A stretch of 64,000 nucleotides of DNA from an uncultured Gemmatimonadales bacterium (GTDB lineage: Bacteria > Gemmatimonadota > Gemmatimonadetes > Gemmatimonadales > GWC2-71-9): the NCBI GenBank assembly GCA_963821525.1, contig CAWGED010000006.1, forward strand, positions 42,792 to 106,791, written 5' to 3'. A program made the position numbers and the translations under genes. This document shows positions 35,469 through 46,679 of this stretch, in pieces (the first letter of the stretch is position 1; every line of letters starts with the position of its first letter). The notes beneath the pieces were generated by a model. It did no database searches. It was given only the letters and a program-made list of their open reading frames with translations, and had not been told where the DNA came from.

Positions 35469-37955
35469 TCACCCAACCATCGCCCCCAACTCCCCACTCA
35501 GCCGCTTCCTCGGCTGCGCCGTTGACCCGATCACCGCCCCGATCGCCTCCTCCATGTTGGGCCACCGGTCCTTCGGGTCCTTGGCCAGCATCCTCATCAC
35601 CGCACTCTCCAGCTGCTCCGGCACCTCGGGCTGGCGCTGCCGAATCGGCTCGGGGATGGCGTGGAAATGTTCGAACATGATTGCCATGGCCGAGTCGCCC
35701 CGGAAGGGTTGGGTACCGGTCAGGGCCTCATAGGTCAGCACCCCGAGCGAATACTGATCGGAGGCGCCGGTGATTTCCTTCCCGGCACACTGCTCCGGGC
35801 TCATATACGCCGGAGTACCGATGACCGCACCGGTCCGCGTCTGGTTGTCAGACTCGGTCACCTTCGAAATCCCGAAGTCGGTGATCAGCGCTATGCCATC
35901 GCGATCGATGAGAATGTTCCCCGGCTTGATGTCGCGATGGACGATCCCGCGCCGGTGGGCATAGGCCAGCCCCTGTCCGACCTGTGACACCACCTCTGTG
36001 GTCATCGCCGAGTTGAGCCGCTTCTTGTCCCCGATCAGATGGCTGAGCGAGCGGCCATCCACGTACCGCATGACGAAGAACATGAGTCCTGCCATGTCCC
36101 GCACCGCGTAGATGGGCACGATGTTGGGATGCGAGAGCGACGCCATGACGCGAGCCTCGCGCTTGAACCGCTCGACGAATTCCTGATTCCTGAGGCCCGG
36201 CGCCAGGATCTTGATCGCCACTTTTCTGGCGAGCGCGATGTCATCGGCCAGGAACACGGTTCCCATTCCGCCGGTCCCGATCAGACCACGAATCTCGAAC
36301 TCGCCATTCAGGACATTGCGGAGATAGCCCTCCAGCTGCTCGGGACCGCCATACGGCCCAGACCAGCGGCGGGTCATCATGGTTGCGTCGGTCGGCGGAA
36401 CGGCCTCGGTGGGGAAGATGGTCCGATCGGGTGACGGTGAAGGGGCGGGTGGCGGCGGCGCCGACGCCATCATTGTCCGGTTCAACTCCGAGGCGGACTC
36501 GATCACCGGATCCTCCGCAAACCGGGGCACAATTCCCGTCCCCAGCACTTCGCGACCCTGGGCCACCTCCTGTCGGGCCTGGGGCGAAAGGACGAGCATC
36601 TTCCCCGACGGCACGAACAGTCCTGCCTCGAGCAGTACCAGAAGCAATCGATTGACGATCGCCTCGTGATCCCGTGGGCGGATGCCCGAAGCGATCTTCC
36701 CCAGCGCCGACATCGGACTCTGCGACGGTACCGAACCCCGTGCGACGATGTCTCGAGCCACGGTGAGCACGAAGCGCCGGCAGCGGTCCTGGTCTGCCGC
36801 CGCCATCGCGCCGAGTGGACTGCCCAGCATCTCGTCCTCATTGAGATGCAACAACTCGTGCAGGGCGCTGTAGAACTCGATCGTGGCGACGGCTTTGTCG
36901 TCGAACTTGAGCATCGCCTCTCCGTCTCCACCCACCTCCACCCGCTGTTCCATCAGCTCGACGCAGCGGCTGGGGAATCCCGGTACTCATGAGGGTCAGG
37001 TACCGGGTGAGCTTGGGAAAGAGTGCCAGTGCCTCGGGAGACGCAGCAGGCAGATCGATGTGCCGCTCCAGCAACTGGGGCAGCTCGTCCCAGAGACAGG
37101 TGAGATAGATGTCGAGGAACGGCGGAAGGTCCTCGTGCCCTGCCTGCCGCCTGGTCTGCCACCTGGCTCTCACCTGCGGTGGTGCCACGACGAGGAAGAT
37201 CGAATTCGGCGCCCGGAAGAGATTGGCCAGACTCGCCATCACATCCCAGTCCTCGATCCGATCGATCACCACCACGACCATCGGGGGCGTTCTCGCCGGC
37301 GACGTGGTAAAGAGCCGCCGCAACAGAGGAACCCGGGAGAGACGGGGAACTGCGGTGATGGAGCTGATCAGGCTGTCCCAGCTCGAGCAGCGTGCTCTGA
37401 ATGTCGTAGGGGAGGTAGACCGCCTTGCGGGTTTTCTCGACCGACTCCTGGGCGCCGAGCTCCAACTTAAGGGGGACATCTGATTCCGATTGTCGGGTTC
37501 AGGCTCCGCTTGCTGCCGACCGTCTCCTCGACTGCGCTGGTGGCCACTCCCTGGTAAGCCTCGAGCAGTCGCGTGTGGTGCGATTTGGAGAGATCCAGTT
37601 CCGAAGCTTCCACCATCCACTTCAGGTGCCAGAGGAGTCGCTTGGAAATCACCTCGGCACCAGCCAGGGCTTGGGCTCGAAGCTCGAGCACCACCAGATC
37701 CGTCTTCCGTCCCCGTTCGTCGGGCTGGGCGAGCAGGGCTTGCAGCTCGTACAGAATGCGGCGGACGAGGGAAGTCTTGCCGACGCCGGAGTAGCCGCTG
37801 ATCAGGAACCGGCCGGTCCCATGCTCCAGCAGATAATTGATGACCCGCTGGCGGGGCCCGTCCCGCCCGAGTAGCGCGTCAGGATCGGCGCCATCGAGCG
37901 GTTCCAGGTTGAACGGGATGTCGGTGAGAGGGAAACTGACCCCGCCCTTACTCAT
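35469..37955 (-). CDS. P-loop NTPase (STAND/AAA-like) fused to a C-terminal Ser/Thr protein kinase; frameshifts near 37475, 37375 and 36975
   Basis: Walker A ISGYSGVGKTS, Walker B-like VVVVID, a GIP motif and a Pro-rich linker, then kinase motifs IGTGGMG, VAIK, HRDIKPGN, DFG and [10 protein letters not shown]. The fusion is inferred from frame repair. Confidence 0.7.
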
Positions 37956-38751
37956 GCAAGGGACGCCTGCGTGAAAGCTTAGCCAACAGTGGGGTTTGGC
38001 CTCGGCGAGGGCAAGATGGGCGGCCAAGGGGTAAACGGTGAACAGTGAACCGTGAACGGGGCCGGTCGAAGGCCGCACTCACTTGTTAAGGCCGCTGCGG
38101 CGGGAAGAAGCAGTCTCCTTGGGTTGCTTTCGGAGAGGGATTGCTTCGGTCGCTACGTTCTCCTGCAATGACCGAGCCGTGGAGCCGCCGAGATGCCGGA
38201 ACCAGCATCACGTGGCATGAAGTGCCCAAAATTTGGTCGAGGCATAGTCCTTTGTGCCGAGATCACAGGGTGTGGGTTCTTGACGCGCCAAACCCATTCC
38301 ATACCTTAGCGCGGTCGATCTGGTCCCAGATGGAAATGGGGCCATTGTTGTCATAGAGCCGGGTATTGTAGAGGGTCTGAAGGTCGATGGTAAACACGTC
38401 GAAGTTAGGGCCGGTGGGTGTGCAATGCCGTGTGGCAGGAGATCCGCGCGACCTCCGGCGAAGCCTGTCACCGAACCCTCACCTCTCTCCTCGCCTCACT
38501 CTCCGCTGCACTTTCCTCATCTCGAGTTGCGGACATCACTCCCGCAACAATCCCCAACACACAAGCCGTACTGTCGTCCGCGATCATCGCGTCGGCGCTC
38601 GCTGGTCTCCCATTGTAACGATCTCCCCGCCCCGCGACTTCCGCTTCCATAAGAGCGCCCTGCGGTATCCGCTAAGCATCGTAACCCAGCACGGCCAATT
38701 GCCTCGCCCACCCACCAGAGCGACGCGGCAGCGGACACAAGGAGTTCTCCC

Positions 38752-40390
38752 ATGAAGAAACGCTCGTCCCGGGCCCGTGCGAAGTCGTCAGGACTCGCAG
38801 CGTTCCACGATGCCAAGGAGCGGCTCTCTGCTCAGTACGTCCGCTCTTCCACGCTGACGGCGGCCGAGTCGCTTCGCAGGACGGGGCCAGACCCCGCTGC
38901 GAATGTGGTGGGCGTGGGTATTGGCGAGAAAGTCACCCGGGGGCGAGCTGACCGGGCGTCGTGCCCTGAAAATCCTGGTGCGTCACAAGCTTCCGCTCGA
39001 AGCAATCGAGGAGCGGTTTAAGCTGCCGACGACTGTCGATGGGCTGCCAGTAGACGTCGAGGAGGTGGGACTCATCGTGGCATTCGCGCCGCCGATCCCC
39101 AACCCCAGGACGCGGCTGCGGCCCGCACCGCCGGGCAGTTCCGTCGGGTTCAAGGATCCCAAAAACAAGTTCAAGATGGCGGGCACCTTCGGGGCTCTGG
39201 TGCGCAACTCCTCGGGTGTGTTCATCCTCAGCAACAACCATGTACTTGCCGATGAGAACAAGTTGGCCCTTCAATCCCCCATCTTCCAGCCTGGCTTGCT
39301 CGACGGTGGCAACACGTCCAAGGACAAAATCGCGGCACTCACTCGCAGGATTCCTCTGCGCAAGACCAAAAACAGCGTCGATTGCGCGATTGCCAAGGTT
39401 GTCGCCGTGGCCCAGGTCACGTCCGCCATAATCAAGATCGGGCCGCCTACCGGTGTAAAGAATGCCGCCTTGAAGATGAACGTGCACAAGTTCGGTCGGA
39501 CCACGAGCTACACCACGGGCAGCGTCACCAGTATCGATACCGATGTGAACGTGCAGTACGATTCGGGTGTGCTGGCCTTCAAAAGCCAAGATCATGATCA
39601 AGGGAGATGGAGGACGTCCCTTCAGCGCGGCCGGGGATTCTGGCTCGCTGATTCTGGAACGCTCCTCTGGTAAGGCGGTCGGGCTGCTCTTCGCCGGTGG
39701 CACGACGGCGACCTTTGGCAATCACATCCAGGATGTACTACGCGCCCTCGGTGTGACCCTCATCCAAGGTCAGTTTCCGGCACCTTCACCCAGCGCGAGT
39801 GCCTCTCCCAGCGCCAGCGCCTCTGCGAGCGCCAGCCCCTCGGCCAGTGCAAGTCCATCGGCCAGTGCGAGCCCGTCTGCCAGCGCGAGTCCGTCTGCCA
39901 GCGCGAGTCCCTCGGCCAGTGCGAGTCCGTCGGCCAGTGCGAGTCCGTCGGCCAGTGCGAGTCCGTCCGCCAGATCGTCGCCAGCAGTCCGTCCGCCAGC
40001 GCGAGCCCGTCCGCCAGCGCGAGCGCGTCGGCTAGCCCCAGTGCTTCGCCCAGTGCCAGCCCGTCGCCCAGCGCGAGTCCATCTCCCAGCGGCAGTCGGG
40101 CGACGAAGTCCCACCCACATCGGCCTCACGTCAAACGCCATGCCCACCTCCCCCACATGCACCATCCTCACCCGCACAGTCCGATCGCCGAGGAAATCAT
40201 CGAGCGGGCGGTGACGGAAATGGTGGGACCGGCCCCTGCTCCACAGGCCGAGCGTGCGGCTGAAGCCCAGGTCGAGGGAGTTGTCGCCGAGGTGATAAAG
40301 GAAGTTGCGGAGTCGAAGCGGACCTTGCCCCGCATGCGGGGTCGAGTCAGCCGGAAAACCAGGAAGGCCCGATCGAAAGGCCGGGGATAA
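38752..40390 (+). CDS. Trypsin-like (Nal1-like) serine protease 3 with (ASPS)n, His/Pro and basic C-terminal tail; frameshifts near 38940, 39590 and 39980
   Basis: NVVGVGIGEK..LPVDVEEVG N-module; triad LSNNHVL, VDCAIAK and GDSGSLI. The tail in ORF 40157-40390 ends in a TAATG overlap with the next gene. Confidence 0.75.
39787..40095 (+). repeat. Coding Ala-Ser-Pro-Ser low-complexity repeat
   Basis: Repeated gccagtgcgagtccgtcg-type 18-nt units encoding ASASPS with synonymous variation. Confidence 0.85.
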
Positions 40391-41235
40391 TGGGGCGGCC
40401 GCGGTCGGCGTATCTCCTCTGTACTCTCCCCCGGTCGGGGAGCTGGATGCTGGCGCATGGGCTCCGAGTGACCGGAGTCGCCGGCCGGCCGGAAGAGTAC
40501 TTCTGGGAGGATCTGCGTCCGGCCTACGCCAAGCATTGGGGACTCTCACCTGAGGTGTCGCAAAGACGGTTCCTTCGCGCCGCCATTCGTGCCGGCACTA
40601 CTCCGAATGGGATGTTCGGGGCGAAGGTGCATTGGTTCGAGTTGCAGCAACTGCTATGGCGCCTGCGCCAGAACTCCGGAGCCCAGAGGCGCTCGGCCCG
40701 TCGGCTGATTAACGAGGCACTCGACAAGCCAAGTTTCGTGCGACTGGTCCGGGAGGATAAGGTCCGCCAAGCACTCTCATATCACAAAGCGCTGGTCTCC
40801 GGAGAATGGTGGAGGGCTGGGCAATCCCACCCTGTAAATAGAGCGGTGGGCTCCGTCGATTTCCGGCTGGTCTGGGAACTCGAATCCCTGCTCGCCAGCC
40901 ACGAACGACTGTGGACCCGATTCTTCGCGCAACACCGGATCACCCCGCTCGTCGTGACTTATGAGGAGCTATGCGTCAACTACCGGGAGGTACTGCGGCG
41001 CGTGCTCACCTTCATCGGAGTGGGACGCATCGATTCGGCAGACCTCGGCGAACCGGTGCTCGAGCAACAGGCCGATGAAGACACGGAGCTGTTGGTACAT
41101 GACTACATCACGACGCAGCGATCGGCCGTTCCGCTCCGAACCGAGCCTAACGGCGCGGGGCGGGTACTCCAGGGGGCATCGACAAACGGGCATCGGGTCG
41201 ATGGCCGGGCCTACTCCTTGGCTACCGGGTCGTGA
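40390..41235 (+). CDS. Stf0-family sulfotransferase
   Basis: YLLCTLPRSGSW (PAPS-binding), GRPEEYF, TPNGMFGAK, REDKVRQALS and VTYEEL. Confidence 0.88.
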   Translation: MGRPRSAYLLCTLPRSGSWMLAHGLRVTGVAGRPEEYFWEDLRPAYAKHWGLSPEVSQRRFLRAAIRAGTTPNGMFGAKVHWFELQQLLWRLRQNSGAQRRSARRLINEALDKPSFVRLVREDKVRQALSYHKALVSGEWWRAGQSHPVNRAVGSVDFRLVWELESLLASHERLWTRFFAQHRITPLVVTYEELCVNYREVLRRVLTFIGVGRIDSADLGEPVLEQQADEDTELLVHDYITTQRSAVPLRTEPNGAGRVLQGASTNGHRVDGRAYSLATGS

Positions 41236-42006
41236 CAACGCCGCGGTTCGACACGCAGCGTCCTGCGTCGGTTCTCGCCAATCGCCGGTGGGTAAAAAAC
41301 GTCTTTCCCTATACCTACTACACCGCGAGCAACGTGTTCACGCCCAGGATCTACCAGATGTTCGAGTCGGCGTTCCGCGAGCACACGAACGGGCGGCAGC
41401 AGTACATGGACAAGCACGATACCGTACGGGGTGACTCTGACTCGAGGCGTGGACGGGCCGCTGGGCTTCTTTGCGTCCCGCGGATGGTACCGAGATGATC
41501 GCCCGGCTGGTCGGCATTCAAGGCCACCCCACACCTGAACATCGGACTCCACCATCACGAGCCCGGCGAGCGAGAACGGCTTCGTGCATAACGACCTGAA
41601 TCCGGGCTGGTTCGTCGACTACGAGAGCGACCAGGGAACCGCGCTCGCGCAACCTGGATTTGTGCAGCTACACCACCGGTGAGGCGACGAAAGCGGAGAT
41701 CAAGCCCGAGAAGGACCGTCCGGGCCGCGGCATTGCTGTTCATGTTGCCAACCCACCCTGGAAGCCGGGGATGGCGGAGAGACTCGGCATCTATCGTCAG
41801 GGGAGTGATCGATCCGGAACGTCCACTCGAGCGCTGTCCCGCCGATCAACAACTCGATTCTCCTGTTCGAGTGCACTCCCTGGTCGTTCCATAGCTTCAT
41901 TCAGAACCGGCGCACCGCGCGCAACAGTCTCGTCATGTGGTGGCACCGCGAGCCGAGCGACGTGGTGCGTCGCTGGGGTGCCGATTCAATCGTCGATTAT
42001 CGGTGA
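41232..42006 (+). CDS. 2OG-Fe(II) oxygenase, several frameshifts
   Basis: GTGA overlap. After frame repair it reads HHHEPG..VHNDLNPGWF (HxD), FECTPWSFHSF (distal His) and RNSLVMWWH. Confidence 0.7.
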
Positions 42007-42805
42007 GGCTTAGGGATGCGGACCGGACCAAGCGGGTGTGCATGCTCACCGGTGCGGGGGGCACGTTGGGGAGCGCGTTCTGCAGACTGTACGGAGAACG
42101 TTACGATATCGCGCCGTGTACCGGACGCGGCCACCTCCGGTGGCGTCGCAGCAGCGCTGGTTCATGGACCCTGTGACGGGGCGCCGGGTCAGGAGGGCGA
42201 ACCGGCCGATGGTCTTCGAAATCCAGGCCGATCTGTCGCTGGCGCACGAAATCGATCGCGTGGTGGACGTGACACTGGCGCGGTTCGGCCGAATCGACTT
42301 GGTGGTCAATGCCGCAGCCCTCGTGAAGGACGCGCCGTTCCTCGATCCGCCCGGTTCGAGGAGGCGCTGGGGAGCAGCTGCTGGTGAACAGCCTCGTGCC
42401 GCACCGGCTCACGGCCAATATCTCGATGAAGTTCTGGCGGGGCCGCCGGGCGGCCAACCTGCGCGCAACCGGAACGTCGTCAACGTATCGAGCGTGTCCG
42501 GCTTATTCATTTATCCTCGCTCGCGGCCGCGGCGCGCCTACGGCGCCTCCAAGGCAGTCATGAACTTTCTTTCCTGTCAGATGGCGAGCGAATGCAGGCG
42601 TTTCGGTGTGCGGTCAACGTGGTCGCGCCGACCACGTTCCCGAAGCTCGGTCCCGACCAAGCGGGTGGCCGCGGCCATCGTCGGACTCGACCGACGCAGG
42701 ATGAACGGCCGGATCCTGGTGATCGCGCAGACAGGCAGCCGCTACGCGCCTGACAGCGCCACCGTGGCGGAGCGCTCGAAGCGTCTCCCCCGAGCTGGAG
42801 ACTGA
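42003..42805 (+). CDS. SDR-family oxidoreductase, frameshifted
   Basis: GTGA overlap; LTGAGGTLG, FGRIDLVVNAA, VNVSS and YGASK. Confidence 0.8.
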
Positions 42806-42809
42806 CAAC

Positions 42810-43070
42810 ATGGTCGTCATTGGCCGCGGGCACAACGCATCAAGGAGAAGCATTCAGAACAGCTCATGTCACGTCCGGGCAGTATCGGGAGTCGGCGTGG
42901 AACAGGATGCTGATGGGACGCCGGTAGTTGTGATCCACACCGATCCCCGGGCAGCGGCGCACCTGGCCGACCTGCCGTCCGAGCTCGAAGGTGTGCCGGT
43001 GCGAATCGTCGAGGACGTGCCGTTCCGCAAGCAGGGCCGCGGCGCGGGCGAGGCAGCTGAACAGTTCATC
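42810..43070 (+). CDS. Small stand-alone protein resembling the N-terminal module of the Nal1-like proteases
   Basis: After frame repair it reads IKEKHSEQLMSRPGVSGVGVEQ..LPSELEGVPVRIVED, paralleling HLPNVHSVGIG..IPASFEGIPTDVI. The end coordinate is approximate. Confidence 0.55.
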
Positions 43071-43245
43071 GGCAGGTACATAGACCAGTCAACACTTCAC
43101 CGCGCCCCTTGCCCGTGCCTCGGGCGGCTGGCCGCGAAGCGTGGGAGGTGATCCAGTCGATGACAGCATAGACCCCGGAGCTGCGAACAAGAAGGCCTCG
43201 GCCTGACGAGCTCGCTCGGCGAGAGGTCGCGCGCTGCGACCGCGC

Positions 43246-44774
43246 ATGGAACCGCCCTCGCCTCCAGGGCCACCGGGAGACCCACCGACGCGGCGCCGAC
43301 ACCACCCGGACCACCGCCCGGTCCGCCGCCGGGACCACCACCCGGTCCGCCTCCGGGACCACCGCCCGGTCCGCCTCCGGGACCACCACCCGGTCCACCT
43401 CCAGGACCGCCGCCACCTCCACCACCGGGACCGCCGCCACCCTCCACCACCGCCGCCGCCACCACCACCGCCGCCGCCACCACCGGGACCGAGTGGCAGC
43501 GCAGGCCCGAGTGGAAGCGCTGGTCCAAGCGGAGGCCCGAGCGGGAGCGCAGGACCCAGCGGTAGTCCGAGCGGGAGCGCAGGCCCCAGCGGCAGTCCGA
43601 GCGGGAGCGCAGGACCGAGCGGGAGCCCGAGTGGGAGCCCGAGTGGGAGTCCGAGTGCGAGCCCGAGTGCCAGTCCCAGTGCGAGCCCGAGTGCCAGTCC
43701 CAGCGCAAGTTCGACTCCCAGTCCCAGTGCGACTCCGACACCGAGCCCGACGGCTACTCCAACGCCCAGTCCAACGCCAACGCCGGTGCCGCATCCGCAT
43801 CCGCACCCGCATCCGCATCCGCATCCACATCCACACCCGCACCCGCACCCGCATCCGCATCCCCACCCGCACGCGGCATCCACATCCGCACCCGCACGGG
43901 CATCCACATCCGCACCCGCACGGGCACCCACATCCCCACCCGCACGGGCATCCACATCCGCACCCGCACGGGCACCCACATCCCCACCCGCACGGGCATC
44001 CACATCCGCACCCGCACGGGCATCCGCACCCGCACGGGCATCCGCATCCGCACGGGCATCCGCATCCGCACGGGCATCCACATCCCCACCCGCACGGGCA
44101 TCCGCATCCCCACCCGCACGGGCACCCACATCCCCACCCGCACGGGCATCCGCATCCCCACCCGCACGGGCATCCGCATTCCCCACCCGCACGGGCATCC
44201 GCATCCCCACCCGCACGGGCACCCACATCCCCACCCGCACGGGCACCCACATCCCCACCCGCACGGGCACCCGCACCCCCGCCCGCATCCGCACGTGCAC
44301 CCGCATTTCCCACGTGCGCAGGGCCGTCCCTATCGGTGGATACGCCGCCGTAGAAGGCTCCGTATGCACCCTCGCGCTCGGTTCCGCCGATACGCGTACC
44401 GTTGGGCCGGGTGGATGCCGAGGAGGGTCAGGCGGATGCTCGCACGGCGGAGACGTGCGATCCGGCGTCGCTTTCCGCCGCCCTGGATTCCGCCGATTCG
44501 ATGGCGTCGGCGGCGGAGGCCACACCGCCTGGCTCACCCACCGCGGCGTCGTCGGCCGCATCGGAGGCTGGGGGCTCACGTTCATCCGCCCCTTCGCAGG
44601 AGACGGCGTCGCCCTATCGCCGTCCGCGTTCACCCACGCCGCCGGGTTCACCCGCGCCGCCGGGTCCACCCGCGCCGCCGCGTGAGGGCTCGGGCACGGC
44701 GTCTCAGGCGTCGCCTGCGCGTTCGGCGGGCAGTACGCCGGGCCGCCCGCAGTAGGAGGAGGTCTCGTAGGTGA
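43246..44774 (+). CDS. Low-complexity block-repeat protein, about 500 aa: (GPPP)n, poly-Pro, (GPSGSA)n, (SPSA)n, (TP)n, (HP)n, (HPHPHG)n, Arg-rich tail
   Basis: Reconstructed across ORFs 43246-44685, 43493-44353 and 44295-44774. Repeat variation is synonymous in the + frames (ccN, agY, caY), and the gene is co-oriented with its neighbours. Confidence 0.6.
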
Positions 44775-44866
44775 GATGAGTTGAAGTAACCGGGCGCCTC
44801 GGGCCGAGGTCGTATTCCTGACCTGGGCTCGGGTCGCTCGGGTGTACCTCCAATTGCGAACACTCA

Positions 44867-45775
44867 ATGGTGAAAAGTCCTTCGCCTCGCCCGGTTGACC
44901 TGAGCGTGATCGTGGTCAGCCACAATGAAGGAGAGCTCCTCGAGCGCACTGTCCGCAGCCTGATCGCAACTCTGCCGGAGCAGGGCACCGAGGTCATCAT
45001 CGTGGATGATCAGTCCGACGACGACAGTACTGTTTTCCTCAAAAGGTTGGATCGATCATCGGTGCGGCTGATCAGGTCACCCGAGCGCCTCGGCATTTCA
45101 GCAGCTCGGAACCTGGGAGCGAGGTCAAGTTGCGGTGAGGTAATCGTCTTCAGCGACGCCCACGTCCACGTGTACCCGGGTTGGGCAGAGCCACTCTGGC
45201 TCACGGCTCTGAAGCCGTTTGTGGGCGCTGTGGCGCCGGAGGTGCATTCGATGCACGAGCCTCATATCAAGGGGTACGGCTTCACCTGGCGTGATCCGTC
45301 GCTGAAGATGCACTGGCTGCGCCGCGGGGGCACGGCACCCTACCCGGTGCCTTTTCTGTGCGGCTGCTTCGTTGCCTTGAGCCGCACTCTGTTCGAAATG
45401 ACCGGGGGCTTCGATGAGGGCCTGATCCGCTGGGGGTCGGAAGACGCTGAGCTCTCGCTTCGGCTTTGGCGCATGGGATACGAATGCCATGTAGTGCCTC
45501 GATCGTCCGTGGCGCACCTGTTTCGGAGGAGATTCCCTTACCAGGTGAGCTGGGAAGGGATCTTGCACAACACGCTCCGGCTTGCCACCGTCCACTTCGG
45601 ACCCAGGGCCCTCTCCCGCGTCATGCAGCACTGGAACGACCACGCCGCGCTTCCCCGGGCCACGGCGACGCTCTGCCTGAGCGACGTTTGGAGCCGACGC
45701 GAAAAAGTCCAGCGAACCTGCCGGTACCCCGACACTCGGGTCTTGGACCGCTTCCGAATCGAGGCGTTGTCGTGA
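44867..45775 (+). CDS. GT-A fold glycosyltransferase (GT2-like, with ppGalNAc-T-like motifs)
   Basis: IIVDDQSDD, LGISAARNLGA, FSDAH, GGFDEGLIRWGSEDAELSLRLW and VAHLFRRRFPY. Confidence 0.88.
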   Translation: MVKSPSPRPVDLSVIVVSHNEGELLERTVRSLIATLPEQGTEVIIVDDQSDDDSTVFLKRLDRSSVRLIRSPERLGISAARNLGARSSCGEVIVFSDAHVHVYPGWAEPLWLTALKPFVGAVAPEVHSMHEPHIKGYGFTWRDPSLKMHWLRRGGTAPYPVPFLCGCFVALSRTLFEMTGGFDEGLIRWGSEDAELSLRLWRMGYECHVVPRSSVAHLFRRRFPYQVSWEGILHNTLRLATVHFGPRALSRVMQHWNDHAALPRATATLCLSDVWSRREKVQRTCRYPDTRVLDRFRIEALS

Positions 45776-46644
45776 TGCCAGTAGCTTCAGCGTTCCATCT
45801 TCTTCCCGAGATCGGTGTTTACATCATCGGGATGCACCGGAGCGGCACCTCCGTTACGACCCGCCTGGTGAATCTCTATGGCGTCCAGCTTTGTCTCGAC
45901 AACGATCTGTACGCCGGTGTCAAGGGAAATGAGCGCGGTCTCTGGAAGTCAAAATCGCTGGTCCGATTCAATGATTCGCTGCTGCACCAACTGGGGGCGG
46001 AGTGGTGGTGTCCACCGCGGCCCAACCGGGTGTGGCCCCAGCATCCCAGTCTTGAGCAGCCCCTCTCCTTGGGACGCGCTCTATTCCAACGTCTACATCC
46101 GACGAAGCAATGGGTGTGGAAGGATCCTCGAACCTGTATCACGCTGCCCTTCTGGCTCCGCGCATTGGAGGCGAAACCTGTCGCGGTGTTCGTGCTGCGG
46201 CATCCGCTGGAAATCGCGGCCTCGCTGCTCGCGCGCAACAAGTTCGACCTTGAGCTTTCGCTAGCGCTGTGGGAACGGTACCTGCAACACGCCTTGCCTC
46301 ACCTGCACGGGTTGCCGGTCACGGTAGTGCGGTTCGAGGCGCTCCTGAACGACCCGGTTGGCTGCTCTGCCTCCATCGCCGCTTTTCTCGGGCGCCACGG
46401 AGTCGCCGTCGGCCCGTCGCCCGATCCCTCTGCGATACGTGGCTTCGTGGAGCCCTCCCTGCGGCACCACACTACTGAATGGGACAGGTCATCGAGCGGG
46501 AGCCTATCCTCATCGCAACAAGCACTTCATGAGAGGCTGCTCGCTGCCGCCGGCGATCATGACCGGTTCGATGCGGCCTCCCTGCCGGTCGAAACCGTGA
46601 AGACCGACACCCTCTTCGCCGGACTGCAGCACCGGTACCACTGA
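45775..46644 (+). CDS. Sulfotransferase-family protein
   Basis: TGATG coupling; IIGMHRSGTS, WVWKDPR, RHPLEIAASL and VRFEALL. Confidence 0.85.
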   Translation: MPVASAFHLLPEIGVYIIGMHRSGTSVTTRLVNLYGVQLCLDNDLYAGVKGNERGLWKSKSLVRFNDSLLHQLGAEWWCPPRPNRVWPQHPSLEQPLSLGRALFQRLHPTKQWVWKDPRTCITLPFWLRALEAKPVAVFVLRHPLEIAASLLARNKFDLELSLALWERYLQHALPHLHGLPVTVVRFEALLNDPVGCSASIAAFLGRHGVAVGPSPDPSAIRGFVEPSLRHHTTEWDRSSSGSLSSSQQALHERLLAAAGDHDRFDAASLPVETVKTDTLFAGLQHRYH

Positions 46645-46679
46645 GGCCTCGGAGCACGGGCCCGATCCGACGGCTCGAG

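Noticed and set aside
38080..38750. Short ORFs or ncRNA between the divergent islands
   Set aside because: No recognisable motifs or convincing structure; probably divergent promoter DNA.
43290..43660. Collagen-like protein
   Set aside because: The Gly periodicity is four (GPPP) or only briefly three (GPSGSA), so there is no sustained Gly-X-Y run.
43066..44867. Minus-strand Cys/Gly-rich (CGC)n metallothionein- or RiPP-like ORFs
   Set aside because: These are antisense shadows of the His-Pro repeats. Variation is non-synonymous on this strand (Cys/Trp) and the flanking genes are on the + strand.
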